The position numbers were made by a program, and so were the translations under genes. A model generated the notes under the pieces. It did not search any database, was not told the origin of the DNA, and worked only from the letters and a program-made list of their open reading frames with translations. Positions 48,862 to 59,682 of a stretch of 64,000 nucleotides of DNA are shown piece after piece; the first letter of the stretch is position 1, and each line of letters opens with the position of its first letter. The stretch is from Candidatus Latescibacterota bacterium. Lineage in GTDB: Bacteria > Latescibacterota > UBA2968 > GCA-2709665. Location of the stretch: contig OZ241917.1 of assembly GCA_965203805.1 (NCBI GenBank), positions 4,768,001 to 4,832,000 of the forward strand, given 5' to 3'.

Positions 48862-50559
48862 CTACGCGCGGAACAGTTCTCCCATGCGCCGGCCCAGGAA
48901 CCGTCCGGCCAGAAAGAGGCTGAGCATGAGAAGCAGCATTCCGAGCATGCCCATTGCGCTGGCAATATACGGGCCATCCGCAATTCTGCCCATCAGCGCG
49001 TAGATTGCTTTGGTGATCGGGTAATATTGCGCCTTCAACGCAAGAATCAGACTGTCGCTGACCTCCAGCATCGCGAAAGAAAAACAGAGAATGGACCCGG
49101 CGACCAGATTCGCCAGAATAAGCGGGAACGTGATCTGCAATGTCGTCCGCAGGGGTGAGGCGCCTACGTTCCGGGCGGCCTCCTCGAGGGCGACGCTCGT
49201 TTGCTGGAATCCGGCGTAGGCCGATCTGACCATATATGGCAGCCGTCGCACGGCGTACGCGATGACAAGCAACGGCACGGGATTGTGTCTTGCATCCAGA
49301 AAGGTTCCGGAAAACCCGGCCAGATATCCGAAGGCCAGCACCGGGCCCGGCAGGGCCAGGGGCAGCATTGCTACCGTATCCAGCGCGCCCCTTCCGGGGA
49401 TGCGGGTCCGGGCAAGGAGCCAGGCGATCGCGATGCCGAGTACCACATCGCAGATTGTGCTGAGTGTACTCAACATCAGGCTCATTGTGACGCTGGGGCC
49501 GGCGATCGGATGCCGATAAACCAGCGGGTAGTATCTGCCGGTAATTTCCTGGGGCCAGATCGACATGAACCAGCGTTCGGAGATCGAAGTCAGCAAGACA
49601 CTCAGGTGAGGGATCAGCGCGATGGCCGTCAACGAAATCATGAGTGCGTAGATGAACGCGGTCATCCTGGCCGATGCCCGGCGGCTCGAGGATCCAACGT
49701 GTCCACGCGCGACCATTTCGTACCGCTTTCCGCCCATCAAGAGTTTGGAGAGGCAGAAAAACAGCACGGTCAGCAATAGCAGGAAAACCACAAGCGCGTA
49801 CGCCATGGGGTTCTCGTTGATGTCCGATATTGCATTGAAGATCTCGACCATAACCACCTGACGGTAGTTGAAAATCAGCGGTGTTCCCAGGTCCGTAAAT
49901 GCCCAGATGAAGACAATGATCGCGCCGGCGAAATATCCGGGCAACATCAGTGGAAACGTAACGGTTCGAAACAGCCTGAAACCGCGGGCGCCCATATTGC
50001 GGGCGGCCTCCTCGAGGCTGGGGTCAATATTCGCCAGCGCCGCCGCCACGTTCAGGAACATGATGGGATAAAGGTGCAACACCTGCAGAATGACCACTCC
50101 CGCGAAGCCGCCCCCGAACCAATCGACCGGTTGGTCGACGATTCCCAGTTCGAGCAACAACAGATTGATGGATCCGAATCGGGCGAACATCTGCTTCATC
50201 CCGATCGCGCCCACGAATGGCGGCAGGACCATGGGCACCAGGATCAGACCGTTGAGGACGTTTTTCCCCCTGAAGTCATACCGTACCAACAGGAACGCGA
50301 CAGGCAGGCTCAGGAGCGTCGTTGCGACCGTCGTGAACATGCCCAGACGAAAACTGTTCAGGATCATTTCTCTATAAACCGGATTGCCTGCCATCAACTC
50401 GAAGAATACGAGCGAGAGTTCTCCGTTCACCCACAGGGCACGCACAACGGCATACCAGAGCGGATAGAACAGGAAGCAGACGAAAAAGGCAAACAATCCC
50501 GCCAGAAACAGGATCCTTGGGCCGTTCAGGTCGTATCGATCAAGAAGCGCTGTCTTCAC
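48862..50559 (-). CDS. Fe(III)/thiamine-type ABC transporter permease (FbpB-like)
   Basis: Two EEAA...GA loops, multi-TM. Confidence 0.9.
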   Translation of the reverse strand: MKTALLDRYDLNGPRILFLAGLFAFFVCFLFYPLWYAVVRALWVNGELSLVFFELMAGNPVYREMILNSFRLGMFTTVATTLLSLPVAFLLVRYDFRGKNVLNGLILVPMVLPPFVGAIGMKQMFARFGSINLLLLELGIVDQPVDWFGGGFAGVVILQVLHLYPIMFLNVAAALANIDPSLEEAARNMGARGFRLFRTVTFPLMLPGYFAGAIIVFIWAFTDLGTPLIFNYRQVVMVEIFNAISDINENPMAYALVVFLLLLTVLFFCLSKLLMGGKRYEMVARGHVGSSSRRASARMTAFIYALMISLTAIALIPHLSVLLTSISERWFMSIWPQEITGRYYPLVYRHPIAGPSVTMSLMLSTLSTICDVVLGIAIAWLLARTRIPGRGALDTVAMLPLALPGPVLAFGYLAGFSGTFLDARHNPVPLLVIAYAVRRLPYMVRSAYAGFQQTSVALEEAARNVGASPLRTTLQITFPLILANLVAGSILCFSFAMLEVSDSLILALKAQYYPITKAIYALMGRIADGPYIASAMGMLGMLLLMLSLFLAGRFLGRRMGELFRA

Positions 50560-51631
50560 CGTCGTCCTTCAGTATTGTAATCGCGTCCTGAGCGAACCGG
50601 ATGCTTACAAGATCGTCAGGAGATGCTTTCTGAACCAGCGGATGGCCGTCGGCCAGTTTCACCTGCGTCCCGCCGGGCAGGTCCAGGACATACTGTTCCG
50701 TTTCGCCCAGATAGACCGTGTCCCGGATCGTTCCAGTGACGACATGGTCTGCCTCGCCCGGCCGCCCTTCGAGGAAATCCATGGCTTCCGGACGGATGGC
50801 GCATAGCACGCGGTCTTCTCTCCGGATGCCGTCGTAGCCCTGCCGGCCGTACAGAATCCCGATGGGCGTCTCCACCCCGATCTTCTCGCCCAACTGAACG
50901 ACCCTTCCCGAAATCAGATTGATTTCGCCAATGAAATCCGCGACAAACCGGTTGGCCGGCTGTGAATACAATGTCCTTGGCGCCCCGGACTGCACGACGC
51001 GCCCCGCGTTCATCACGGCGATGCGGTCGGCCATCGCAAGCGCCTCTTTCTGATCATGCGTCACGTAAATCATGGTAATGCCAAGGCTTCGATGGAGTGC
51101 CTGGATCTGCTCGCGCATCTCCAGCCGCAGACGGGCATCGAGATTTGAGAGCGGTTCGTCCAGCAAGACCACGTCGGGTTCAATTACCAGGGCCCGTGCC
51201 AGCGCCACCCGCTGCTGCTGTCCGCCCGATAACTGGTTCGGGGACCGGTCCCGGTAGGCTTCCATCCGGACCATCTGTAACGCCCGATGGATCCGTTCAG
51301 TGCGTTTCCCATGGGTAACGTTGCGCATGGAAAGACCATACTCCACGTTTTGCCAGACCGTCATATGCGGCCACAGGGCGTAGTTCTGAAAGACCATTCC
51401 CGTGTTGCGCTTTTCGGGCGGTACGTCGGTTACGTCCCGATCGTCAAAAAACACGCGCCCGCGTTCCGGCCTGTAGAATCCGGCGATCGTTCTCAACAGG
51501 GTGGTTTTGCCGCATCCGGAGGGCCCCAGCAGGAAGAAGAACTCGCCTTTTTCGATTTCCAGATCGACGCGCTCAACCGCGACGACGCTGCCGAATCGCT
51601 TTGCGACGTCTTTCAGACGAACACGCACCAT
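50540..51631 (-). CDS. ABC transporter ATP-binding protein (FbpC/PotA-like)
   Basis: GPSGCGKTT, LSGGQQQR, LLDEPLSNLD, C-terminal TOBE-like domain. Confidence 0.92.
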   Translation of the reverse strand: MVRVRLKDVAKRFGSVVAVERVDLEIEKGEFFFLLGPSGCGKTTLLRTIAGFYRPERGRVFFDDRDVTDVPPEKRNTGMVFQNYALWPHMTVWQNVEYGLSMRNVTHGKRTERIHRALQMVRMEAYRDRSPNQLSGGQQQRVALARALVIEPDVVLLDEPLSNLDARLRLEMREQIQALHRSLGITMIYVTHDQKEALAMADRIAVMNAGRVVQSGAPRTLYSQPANRFVADFIGEINLISGRVVQLGEKIGVETPIGILYGRQGYDGIRREDRVLCAIRPEAMDFLEGRPGEADHVVTGTIRDTVYLGETEQYVLDLPGGTQVKLADGHPLVQKASPDDLVSIRFAQDAITILKDDGEDSAS

Positions 51632-51865
51632 GGATCGCCCTCACGTCAGGAATCAAACTTGATTCGTCACGCTTCGGTGACGTTAATTCGAAGTTACGCA
51701 GGTTGATAGAGGCGACTTGACGCCGGATTTCCAGGAACCTTCAGGTCGCTGGACTTGAACGGAGAAAATGTCCATCCGGATGACCGCTTCGGCCCATTTC
51801 GAAAGGTTTCGTCGCGGCGCCGCATTGCGGTTTCTGTTGAATTAAGGTTAAGGACTCCGGGAGAA

Positions 51866-53314
51866 TTACGACGCCCGCCTTCGCGAGAACGAAGAACCCC
51901 GCAGGACCGTTCGCGGCGAGACATTGGACAGGTGGAGCACCATGGCGACCGCGAGGCCCAACGGGAACAGGAGCGTCACCCAGTCCAGAAGGCGCGTTTG
52001 AAACGGTTGCGGGGCTTCGCCGTATTTGTCGCGGGCGAACTCGGTCCAGGACGCAAGGGTCTTGTTGCGCAGTTCCGAGTCCCGCCAGCGGGCGCCCAGC
52101 CGGACGCAGGCTTCCTCGCTGACAGGTACTGCAGAAAGCCGGCGAACAATCCCCGGAGTAATGCCTTGTCCGATCGCCGTCTTCCAGGCGCCTCGCAGTT
52201 GTTCGTGGGAATCGATTACCATCGCCCCGATCAGATCGTTCAGCACGCGCCACCGTGCGGAAGCCATTTCGGAGTCATAGACGAGATCCGACGTCCACTC
52301 GAACGGGTTCAACGAAACGGCCGCTTCGTTGGTATACCGCCGGTAAAGATCGGGCAAAACCGTAAACCGGTTCAACGCGGTTTCCGCGGGGCCGCCCGGT
52401 ACACCTTTCTTCAGAAACCATAGTTTTTGTCCCGCATCCGACATGACAAACTCTACGAATATCCGCGCCGCATGCAGGTTCGGCGCGCCTTTGAGGATTG
52501 CCAACCCGTCAGGATTGACGATGGTCAGATTGTCGGGCATCGTGAACCCGATATTATCCGCACCCACCTGGCTGACCTGGGCCCAGGCATAGAAGTCGAT
52601 GGATAGACCGTAGGCCACTTCGCCGGCGGCGACATCCTTGGGCGCCTGGGCGCCGCCGGAGGCGAAGTTTCGGACATTGGCTCCCAGTGTGGTAATGACC
52701 TCCCATCCCCGTTCCCAACCGTATGCCTGGAGGATCAACTCATAGGCCATATGTACGCTTCCGCTGCTGCGCGGATCGCCCGACCCGACCCACGAAAACA
52801 GCCCCGGATCTCCCAGATCGGCCCAGGTCCGCGGAAGCGGCAGATCCAGAAGCTCGAGTACCGCTCGGTTGAAGACAATGCCGAAACCCGCCAGGGTGGC
52901 GCCGTACCAGCGGCATCCGGGATCGTAAAGCGGCACGCCGCCGATTCTTCGAGGCAAACGATCCATTAGCTCGTCCGGAAGGCAATGGGCCGAGAACAAG
53001 CCCATGTCGGCAAGTTCCATAAATGGATCCATGCCGCCGCCGAAGAAGATATCGATTCCGACGCCTGCCGGGGCGCGGTTGAACTCCGACTTGATGTATC
53101 TCAGGATCGAACTCGTGCCGCCACCGACATCCAGCCATTCCAGGACGATCTCCTGCCCGGTCAGCCTGGCATAGTGCGACCTGAAGGCCGCCTCGAATTC
53201 GTTCTGCACGCCGTCCGGATGCGGCGAGATCAGCACCAGCCGGTCCGTCGCGGCCGTCGTGATGACGGGATTGAGGGTACAGAAAAAAATCAACGTCAGG
53301 ATTCGGATCTTCAC
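51866..53314 (-). CDS. ABC transporter substrate-binding protein with C-terminal TM helix
   Basis: Signal peptide, LVLISPH, DIFFGGG, DPRSSGS; C-terminal WVTLLFPLGLAVAMVLHL. Confidence 0.85.
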   Translation of the reverse strand: MKIRILTLIFFCTLNPVITTAATDRLVLISPHPDGVQNEFEAAFRSHYARLTGQEIVLEWLDVGGGTSSILRYIKSEFNRAPAGVGIDIFFGGGMDPFMELADMGLFSAHCLPDELMDRLPRRIGGVPLYDPGCRWYGATLAGFGIVFNRAVLELLDLPLPRTWADLGDPGLFSWVGSGDPRSSGSVHMAYELILQAYGWERGWEVITTLGANVRNFASGGAQAPKDVAAGEVAYGLSIDFYAWAQVSQVGADNIGFTMPDNLTIVNPDGLAILKGAPNLHAARIFVEFVMSDAGQKLWFLKKGVPGGPAETALNRFTVLPDLYRRYTNEAAVSLNPFEWTSDLVYDSEMASARWRVLNDLIGAMVIDSHEQLRGAWKTAIGQGITPGIVRRLSAVPVSEEACVRLGARWRDSELRNKTLASWTEFARDKYGEAPQPFQTRLLDWVTLLFPLGLAVAMVLHLSNVSPRTVLRGSSFSRRRAS

Positions 53315-53372
53315 GATTGGCTCATCGGTCTCGGTTCAATCGTTGGGATTTTATACCGCCATTGCGGTCGGA

Positions 53373-53401
53373 ATAGTACCGCAGCCCCCCACCCATGTCA
53401 A
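53373..53401 (-). promoter_or_regulatory. sigma70 promoter of the ABC operon
   Basis: TTGACA-17 nt-TACTAT on the minus strand. Confidence 0.7.
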
Positions 53402-53492
53402 TTTCTTTTTCCGTCTTTCGGCGGTGCGCACAACAAAAAACGCCCCAATCCAAAGGACTGAGACGCATGCGTCGGGCGTTTTGACAGGCGAT

Positions 53493-54683
53493 TCAGGGGC
53501 CGATATCCTCAACGCTTCCGATCTTGTTTCCGGTAGGATCGGTAAACCAGATCCTGCCGATCCGATCAACTGTCAGCCGTCCGACGCCCGAGACCGATGA
53601 CGGCAGTTCAAGAATCCGAATGCTGGAAGCCTCGAGATCGAATCGGGCGATATATTCGGACTGGTCGCCCGCGTACCAGATTCGGCCGTTCGTGTCCGTT
53701 GCCAGCGAGGTTGGATCGGGCCCGTCTTCGGGCAACAAGTAGCTCACGAAATCTCCCGTCCCCAGCAGGTCCCACATGTGCAGCTGATAGGATTCCGTGG
53801 AAAACCATATCTGTCCGCCGGCATCCAGCACGAACTGCCTTATAGTCAGGTTCTGCGCGGGTACCGCGATCTCCACGATCTCCTTCGTTTCCGGATTCAT
53901 ACGGCCGAATTTCCCGGCGGCACGTTCCACAAATACCAGCACGCCTTCACTATCGGTTAGTATCTCATCCAGCCCCGCGGATGGTGTAAACACGGGATAC
54001 TCATCGAACCTGCTTCGATCCGGATCGAAGCGGCCGATCTGGTTGCCGGATTCCTGCGTGAACCAGAGAATCCCCTTTCGGTCGAAAACGAGGCCGCTGG
54101 GTCGGCTTCCCGGCGTGGGTACGGAATACATGCGGATTTCCTGGGAAATCGGATCGAGGCGGCCGATCGCGTTTGCAACGACATCCGTGAACCAGACAAT
54201 CCCGCGGCCGTCGACGACGAGCCGCGTGGGCCGCCCGCCGGGGGTCGGTAACGGATATTCGACGAATGTCTCGGTCGACGGATCGAACCGGCCGATCTGG
54301 TTGGTGCCCGTCTGCGCGAACCAGACTCGGCCCAGGGCATCCACAACGATATCCAGGGGCTGGCTGCCCAGCGTCGGCACCGCATAGATGTCCACGGACC
54401 CTAAAGCGACGTCGTCTGCCACGTGAGTAGGCACCACCGTATGCTGGGCTTTGTCGTAGAGGCGCGCGAAGATCAGAAAATCCTGAAGATCGACGATGTC
54501 GTCCCCGTTCAGGTCGAAGCGTGTATCCCCGGTACCGAATGCCTGCGCCAGAAGGATGAAATCCCCGAAGTCGATCACGTCGTTATTGTCGAAATCGATG
54601 TCGGTTGTGGACTGGGCGAACACGGTCGACAGAAGGATACCGACCAGGAGTGTCCAGACCGCTACTCTTGAAGGAATATTCAT
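53493..54683 (-). CDS. Secreted Vgb-like beta-propeller with N-terminal EF-hand/dockerin-like module
   Basis: DFDNNDVIDFGDF and DLNGDDIVDLQDF; repeats G.VWFT....N.IGR.DP. Confidence 0.8.
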   Translation of the reverse strand: MNIPSRVAVWTLLVGILLSTVFAQSTTDIDFDNNDVIDFGDFILLAQAFGTGDTRFDLNGDDIVDLQDFLIFARLYDKAQHTVVPTHVADDVALGSVDIYAVPTLGSQPLDIVVDALGRVWFAQTGTNQIGRFDPSTETFVEYPLPTPGGRPTRLVVDGRGIVWFTDVVANAIGRLDPISQEIRMYSVPTPGSRPSGLVFDRKGILWFTQESGNQIGRFDPDRSRFDEYPVFTPSAGLDEILTDSEGVLVFVERAAGKFGRMNPETKEIVEIAVPAQNLTIRQFVLDAGGQIWFSTESYQLHMWDLLGTGDFVSYLLPEDGPDPTSLATDTNGRIWYAGDQSEYIARFDLEASSIRILELPSSVSGVGRLTVDRIGRIWFTDPTGNKIGSVEDIGP

Positions 54684-54729
54684 ATCTCTCGATCGCAGTC
54701 GTAATTGCGTCAATTGAACGACAAGCGGT

Positions 54730-56211
54730 TCAACCTGTTTCGATTTCCGTGCGGGCAAGTACAAATATGGCCCTGGCAGCTTCCAGGCGCAGGCCCGGTT
54801 CCGCGTCCGTCAGGAACGGGCGAAGCGTCGCCAACTGATTCAGGTCGCGCGACGTCGCCAATCCTCTCAACGCGGCAGCCTGAAGGATCGCTTCTTCGCT
54901 TTGTTCAAGGATCTCGTTCAGTGCCCTGGACGCCTGAACGTGCGAAATATTTCCAAGCGATTCAACGATCGCTTCCCGGATATCCAGCGACGCCTCCTGA
55001 TGAAATGCCCACAAAAGTGTATTGGCCGCCTCGGCGTCGTTGGTTTTGCCCAGAGCCTGCACAACGGCCCGGCGAACGGAAATATCCTCGTCTCGCGAAA
55101 GCGCATTCTTCAGAGCGGGGATCCGTCTGGCATCGCCGATGATTCCCAGAATTTCCGCGGCCCGCTTGCGAAACGGACGGTGCGCGCTCTTCAAATCGGG
55201 TTCCAGTTCCTCCGAAAGCTCAAGCCCATGACCGAGCTTTGCGAGCGACCAGGCCGCGATAAGCCGAAGCGGTTGATTCTCCTGGCTGTAGAAGGCGGAC
55301 CGCAGGAGGTCCACCGCCGTTGAGTCCTGAATCCAACCCAGTCCCTCGGCGGCCAGCAGCCTGTCCATCGCGTCGTCCTCTTCCAGCAGCTGCTTCTTGA
55401 GATAGGCGCCGATTTCCGTCGCGGACAGGCCTCCAAGCGCTTCGAAGCAGCGGATACGCAGGGACTGTTGCCAGCCTTTCTGTTTCGCCACCGTTTCGAG
55501 GTGGCCAATCGCTTCCGTCGTGCCATACGATTCGAGAGCTTCCAGCATGACCAGTGAAGTCGAGAGCTGTTTTGTTTTCTTCAGCGTATCGGCAACAGCG
55601 GACAAGCTTTGCAAATCTCCCAGCCGGGAGAGCGCCAATGCGGCGGAGGATCGTACGACCGGATCGGAATCTTCCCCAAATGCCCGACGCAGCGCCGGAA
55701 CCGTCGACGAGTTCCCCAGTTGACCCAGTGCGGCGGCCGCTTTGGACCGGACCATGCTCATCTGACCATTCCCCAGCGTTTCCGCGAGCCATGGACCCAT
55801 CGTATCGGGATTCAGACGTTCAAGCGCCGCCGCAACTTCCACTTTCACGAAAGCGCTTTCGGTTTTTTCGAACAGGCCGGTGAGTGCGTCGACGGCACCC
55901 GGACCCTTCAGTCTTCCGAGCGCTTCGGCTGCCCGAAGTACCACGATCTGATCAGGATGGTCGAGCAGAGCGAAAAACGCCGGTTGTGCATCCGCGCTGT
56001 CCAGACCGCCAAGGACCGTCACAGCCTCCGCGACCAGGGCGCCGTCCAGTTCGGCGTCGCGGACCAGGCCGAGTACCGTGTTCAACGCGTCTTTTTCGGC
56101 CCGTGCTACTTCCTGCGGGCCGACGCCGCAACTCCATGCCCCGACACAGACCAGAAGGATCCACCCAACTCGGGAAACCGGCCACCCCCGCCCTTGCATT
56201 GACTCACGCAT
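54730..56211 (-). CDS. HEAT-repeat lipoprotein
   Basis: GAWSC lipobox; many VR..AA.ALG repeats. Confidence 0.85.
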   Translation of the reverse strand: MRESMQGRGWPVSRVGWILLVCVGAWSCGVGPQEVARAEKDALNTVLGLVRDAELDGALVAEAVTVLGGLDSADAQPAFFALLDHPDQIVVLRAAEALGRLKGPGAVDALTGLFEKTESAFVKVEVAAALERLNPDTMGPWLAETLGNGQMSMVRSKAAAALGQLGNSSTVPALRRAFGEDSDPVVRSSAALALSRLGDLQSLSAVADTLKKTKQLSTSLVMLEALESYGTTEAIGHLETVAKQKGWQQSLRIRCFEALGGLSATEIGAYLKKQLLEEDDAMDRLLAAEGLGWIQDSTAVDLLRSAFYSQENQPLRLIAAWSLAKLGHGLELSEELEPDLKSAHRPFRKRAAEILGIIGDARRIPALKNALSRDEDISVRRAVVQALGKTNDAEAANTLLWAFHQEASLDIREAIVESLGNISHVQASRALNEILEQSEEAILQAAALRGLATSRDLNQLATLRPFLTDAEPGLRLEAARAIFVLARTEIETG

Positions 56212-56213
56212 CC

Positions 56214-57599
56214 CTATTCGACTCCCACCACACAGCGAAACCCGATGTCGGACCGTCTTTCGTCGGTTTCGGCCCAGGCCGCGCCAGTACATTTCGCCCG
56301 TTTTTCATCGTCCAGCCACGAGCCGCCGTAGATCGCACGAAGTTTCCCCTTGTTTCCATACCATCCGTCCACCCATTCCCATACGTTGCCAACCATGTCC
56401 TTAACGCCATAAACGTTGGGGGCTCCCTTTGCCACTTCCGTTGCGCCTGCATCCCAGGACAGGCCCGTTCGGCCCCTGGTGGGATCGTAACGGGTGCCGT
56501 AGGAATAAATATCACCCTTGTCGCCCATGCATGCCGCAACCCACTCCTCAGACGTAGGCAGCCTCTTGCCGAGGGAACCGCAGAAAGCCCGGGCTTGTTC
56601 GTGCGTGATGCCGGTGGCCGGCATTTGAGGGGCGCCCGAAAATTCGTCCGGGCCGTAACTCGGATCGAAGGCCCTGAACGCCTTGACGCTGACTTCGTGG
56701 GGATCGATAAAGAAGGTCTTGAAAGCGGAAGTCTCGATTTTCCGCATGCCTGCGACTTTCCTGGCAAAAGCCGCTGCCACACGTTCCGCTTCGGCAGCAC
56801 GCGCCTGTTCCTCAGCAAGTTCGACCTCCCGGGCCGTTTTTGCCTTTGCTTCGATCTTGGCCCTTCGGGCCGCCTCAGCCGCCCTGATAGCGGCCTTGCG
56901 GCGCGCGGCTTCCCTCCGGACGCGCGCCTGAATTCTGCGCCGGGCTTCCGCCTCTGCGTCTGCCAGCCGAATCCGATCGGCATCCGTTAGAGATCGTGCG
57001 CACCGAAATCCGTAATTCAGCGACTTCAAATCGACTTTCGCCCGTCTGGCTGAGCCGCACCGCGTCAAACTGGGACCATCCGTCCAGGAACCGCCGTAGA
57101 CCTTCTGCATCCCGCGTTCCGCGCCGGCATCGTCCACCCACTCCCACACATTACCCGACATGTCATACAGCCCCGCCTTATTCTTTCCGAAGCTCATCAC
57201 CGCCTTGGGGCCGTCGGTCCAGTTCTTCCGGCCCACCCGCGCGAGGTTGGGGTCGAAGTTGTTCCCGTAGGCATAAGCCGATCCCTCGAGGCCGCCGCAG
57301 GCCACGACCCACTCGTCGGACGTCGGCAGGCGTTTACCCTGCGCCTCGCAATACGCTTTTGCCTGCGTGAACGAGATTGCCGTGGCCGGCATCTTCGCAT
57401 CCTCGAAATAGGTGTAAGCCGGGTGATAGTCCGGATCGAACGCCTTCATCTGCTCGACCGTCACTTCGTGCCTGCTCATATAGAATCGTTCCTGCCCGGA
57501 CTGCACGAGTACCATTTCATCTCCGGACGGCTGAGCGGGAACCGCCGCCGGAATGAACCCACCCGCGACCACTATCGCGAAATGTGCTAGCCACCGCAC
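56214..57599 (-). CDS. Secreted protein with two FGE/SUMF1-like domains joined by a coiled coil
   Basis: RLPTS.EW, DM.GNVWEWV, GGSW and GFRC each occur twice; Ala/Arg/Glu-rich linker; GTG 57599. Confidence 0.85.
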   Translation of the reverse strand: MRWLAHFAIVVAGGFIPAAVPAQPSGDEMVLVQSGQERFYMSRHEVTVEQMKAFDPDYHPAYTYFEDAKMPATAISFTQAKAYCEAQGKRLPTSDEWVVACGGLEGSAYAYGNNFDPNLARVGRKNWTDGPKAVMSFGKNKAGLYDMSGNVWEWVDDAGAERGMQKVYGGSWTDGPSLTRCGSARRAKVDLKSLNYGFRCARSLTDADRIRLADAEAEARRRIQARVRREAARRKAAIRAAEAARRAKIEAKAKTAREVELAEEQARAAEAERVAAAFARKVAGMRKIETSAFKTFFIDPHEVSVKAFRAFDPSYGPDEFSGAPQMPATGITHEQARAFCGSLGKRLPTSEEWVAACMGDKGDIYSYGTRYDPTRGRTGLSWDAGATEVAKGAPNVYGVKDMVGNVWEWVDGWYGNKGKLRAIYGGSWLDDEKRAKCTGAAWAETDERRSDIGFRCVVGVE

Positions 57600-57600
57600 C

Positions 57601-58596
57601 TCAAAATTCCCCGAGCAATTCCTGACGTTCGTCGCCTTCGCCAATAATCAGGCTGATGTCCCATTCGTATTGGCCGTTGGCCGGCGCCACGCCGCAGGCT
57701 TTCAATCCCCACGCGGTATCCAGGCGATCGACCTGCGATGTGGAGGGCTCCAGCGCCGCGTGGTGGAGGTTGTTCCATCCGCCTTCGTTTATCCACAAGC
57801 CCAGATGCGAGAGCTTTTTGGCCGGAAACAGGAAACCGATAAATTCCCCGTTCGGATAAACCAGCGCGCAGCGGCCCTGCTCCAGTCGCGTGGAAAAAAG
57901 CTTCTCGGCCTCTTTCGTACGACTGGACCGGATCGAGGACCGGTTATATTCCTTGTCCAGGGTCAGATCCGTTACTTTGGGCCAGACATGCGGTGTCATT
58001 GGCGGCCCGAGACGGTCTTCCGTACTCATATAGGAGACAACGTCGGTTCCGGAAGGCATCAGGACGCGCGAGCGGGTTTCCACCTTGAACAGCGGGTGGA
58101 ACGCATAGACGAACGGCATTTCAAAAGGGCTTTCATTCTGAACAGTGTAAGAAAACCGAATATACGGCTTTTCGCCGCGCGCCAGCGTTTCGAAGCGGAC
58201 CTCGCGTTTAAACACGTAGGGAAGCCGCACGCCTCTCACCCACATCTGCAGGCGTCCCTGTTTGAATTCGTACTCCCATGGAAGCGTCCATACCTCTCCA
58301 TGATCCGGAACCGGCGTACCCTCCCAGGGAAAAGCCGGATATGGACAGGCTTCGACTGTGGGGAAACACTCGTCCGCGCCGTCGCGTTCGTAATTCTCAA
58401 AGCGGTCCGCGTAGGCCCGGCGCCTGTAAGGTATGCTGGTGCGTGAAAGAAACTCACGTCCGGTTGCCTTATTGACGAGTGAGGTTATCTTGCCACCCAG
58501 TTCGGGTACCACAACGAGGGAGAAGAATTCGGTGTCGAGCTTTATTCCCGAAATGTCCGGCGTGAGCTCCACTTCTTCCAGCTTGGATTTATTCAT
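57601..58596 (-). CDS. Galactose mutarotase-like (aldose epimerase superfamily) protein
   Basis: PELGGKITSL, GADECFPT, PDHGEVW, YAFHPLF, ALEP. Confidence 0.75.
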   Translation of the reverse strand: MNKSKLEEVELTPDISGIKLDTEFFSLVVVPELGGKITSLVNKATGREFLSRTSIPYRRRAYADRFENYERDGADECFPTVEACPYPAFPWEGTPVPDHGEVWTLPWEYEFKQGRLQMWVRGVRLPYVFKREVRFETLARGEKPYIRFSYTVQNESPFEMPFVYAFHPLFKVETRSRVLMPSGTDVVSYMSTEDRLGPPMTPHVWPKVTDLTLDKEYNRSSIRSSRTKEAEKLFSTRLEQGRCALVYPNGEFIGFLFPAKKLSHLGLWINEGGWNNLHHAALEPSTSQVDRLDTAWGLKACGVAPANGQYEWDISLIIGEGDERQELLGEF

Positions 58597-58702
58597 GCTG
58601 TCGTATCCTTTTTCGTCGCATTAAGGACCGAACGGCCGGAGGTCATTCTCGGGGACACGTTGGTTTGACGCACTGCGCAGCGAACCTGTTCCACGAATCC
58701 TC

Positions 58703-59668
58703 CTACGGAGGTCGTACGGGAATCCTCTGGTGAACCAGACGGCCGATCTGTGCAACTCCGAGCAAATCGAAATACTCCCGATCGTCGTCTCGTGGGCGAA
58801 AGGGAACGTATTCAAGCATCCGCGCCAGTACGCTGTTTTGCTTGGCGACTTCCTCCGGTATGGGAATGTTGAGCCGCCTCATCACGGTCCTCATCCGTAC
58901 CCTTCCTTTACGTATCCATCCGCCGTCGTACGTGATGTCGAGCGATCCTTGCGCCGTGCGGATGATAGGGACCGGATGCTCGGCCAGTTTCAGGTCTCGC
59001 AGTGAGGTCTCGTATACTGCAATCTTGTAGGCATTCGGACTCCCATGCTCGTCGTATCCGTCCGGATAGAGCGGTTCCTCGGCCACCATCGTTCCCAGTC
59101 TTTCGTAGAGTTCCTCGGTGCCAAGCGCTGTCGCTTCCAGACTGTAGAGCGATTCCCTGCTTTCGACGTGGAAGATCTCCACGCGGAGATTCAGATGCAT
59201 CCCCTCGAACGGAGAAGACCAGCTGAAGCCGCCGAAATCGCCGATCCTGTGGCTGCGTTTTATATAGTAGTGCGCCACACACACGGCGTCCACGTTCCGG
59301 GCCCGGTCGATCACTTCTCCGAGTTGCAATCCGTTCCAGCCGCCCTGGTGTCTTACCTGATATCCTCTGGCTTGAAGCGCGGCGCGGATCGTTTCGTAGA
59401 GCCGGAGTTCGTACCGGGGCGGCATCCGAAACGGGTCCCCCTGCAACTGGCGGCTGAATCCCAACACGACTCGTCCGGCGTACCGGAGCCCGAGGTCCGG
59501 ATCCCGGTCCGACGCCAATACAATGAGGCCTATCCGTTCGGGCCGATAGCGCGCAAAGGCCGCCGCCGCCGAACTCGTGCCTTCGGCGAAAGCCTCCTTC
59601 CTTACTTCTCCGGACTCGCAAGGCGCCGCCACGATACACGATAACCCGAACAAAATCAAAAAACGCAC
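58703..59668 (-). CDS. Hypothetical secreted protein
   Basis: 321-aa ORF with a signal-like N-terminus, co-oriented in the cluster. Confidence 0.6.
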   Translation of the reverse strand: MRFLILFGLSCIVAAPCESGEVRKEAFAEGTSSAAAAFARYRPERIGLIVLASDRDPDLGLRYAGRVVLGFSRQLQGDPFRMPPRYELRLYETIRAALQARGYQVRHQGGWNGLQLGEVIDRARNVDAVCVAHYYIKRSHRIGDFGGFSWSSPFEGMHLNLRVEIFHVESRESLYSLEATALGTEELYERLGTMVAEEPLYPDGYDEHGSPNAYKIAVYETSLRDLKLAEHPVPIIRTAQGSLDITYDGGWIRKGRVRMRTVMRRLNIPIPEEVAKQNSVLARMLEYVPFRPRDDDREYFDLLGVAQIGRLVHQRIPVRPP

Positions 59669-59682
59669 ACACGCCCCCGGTT

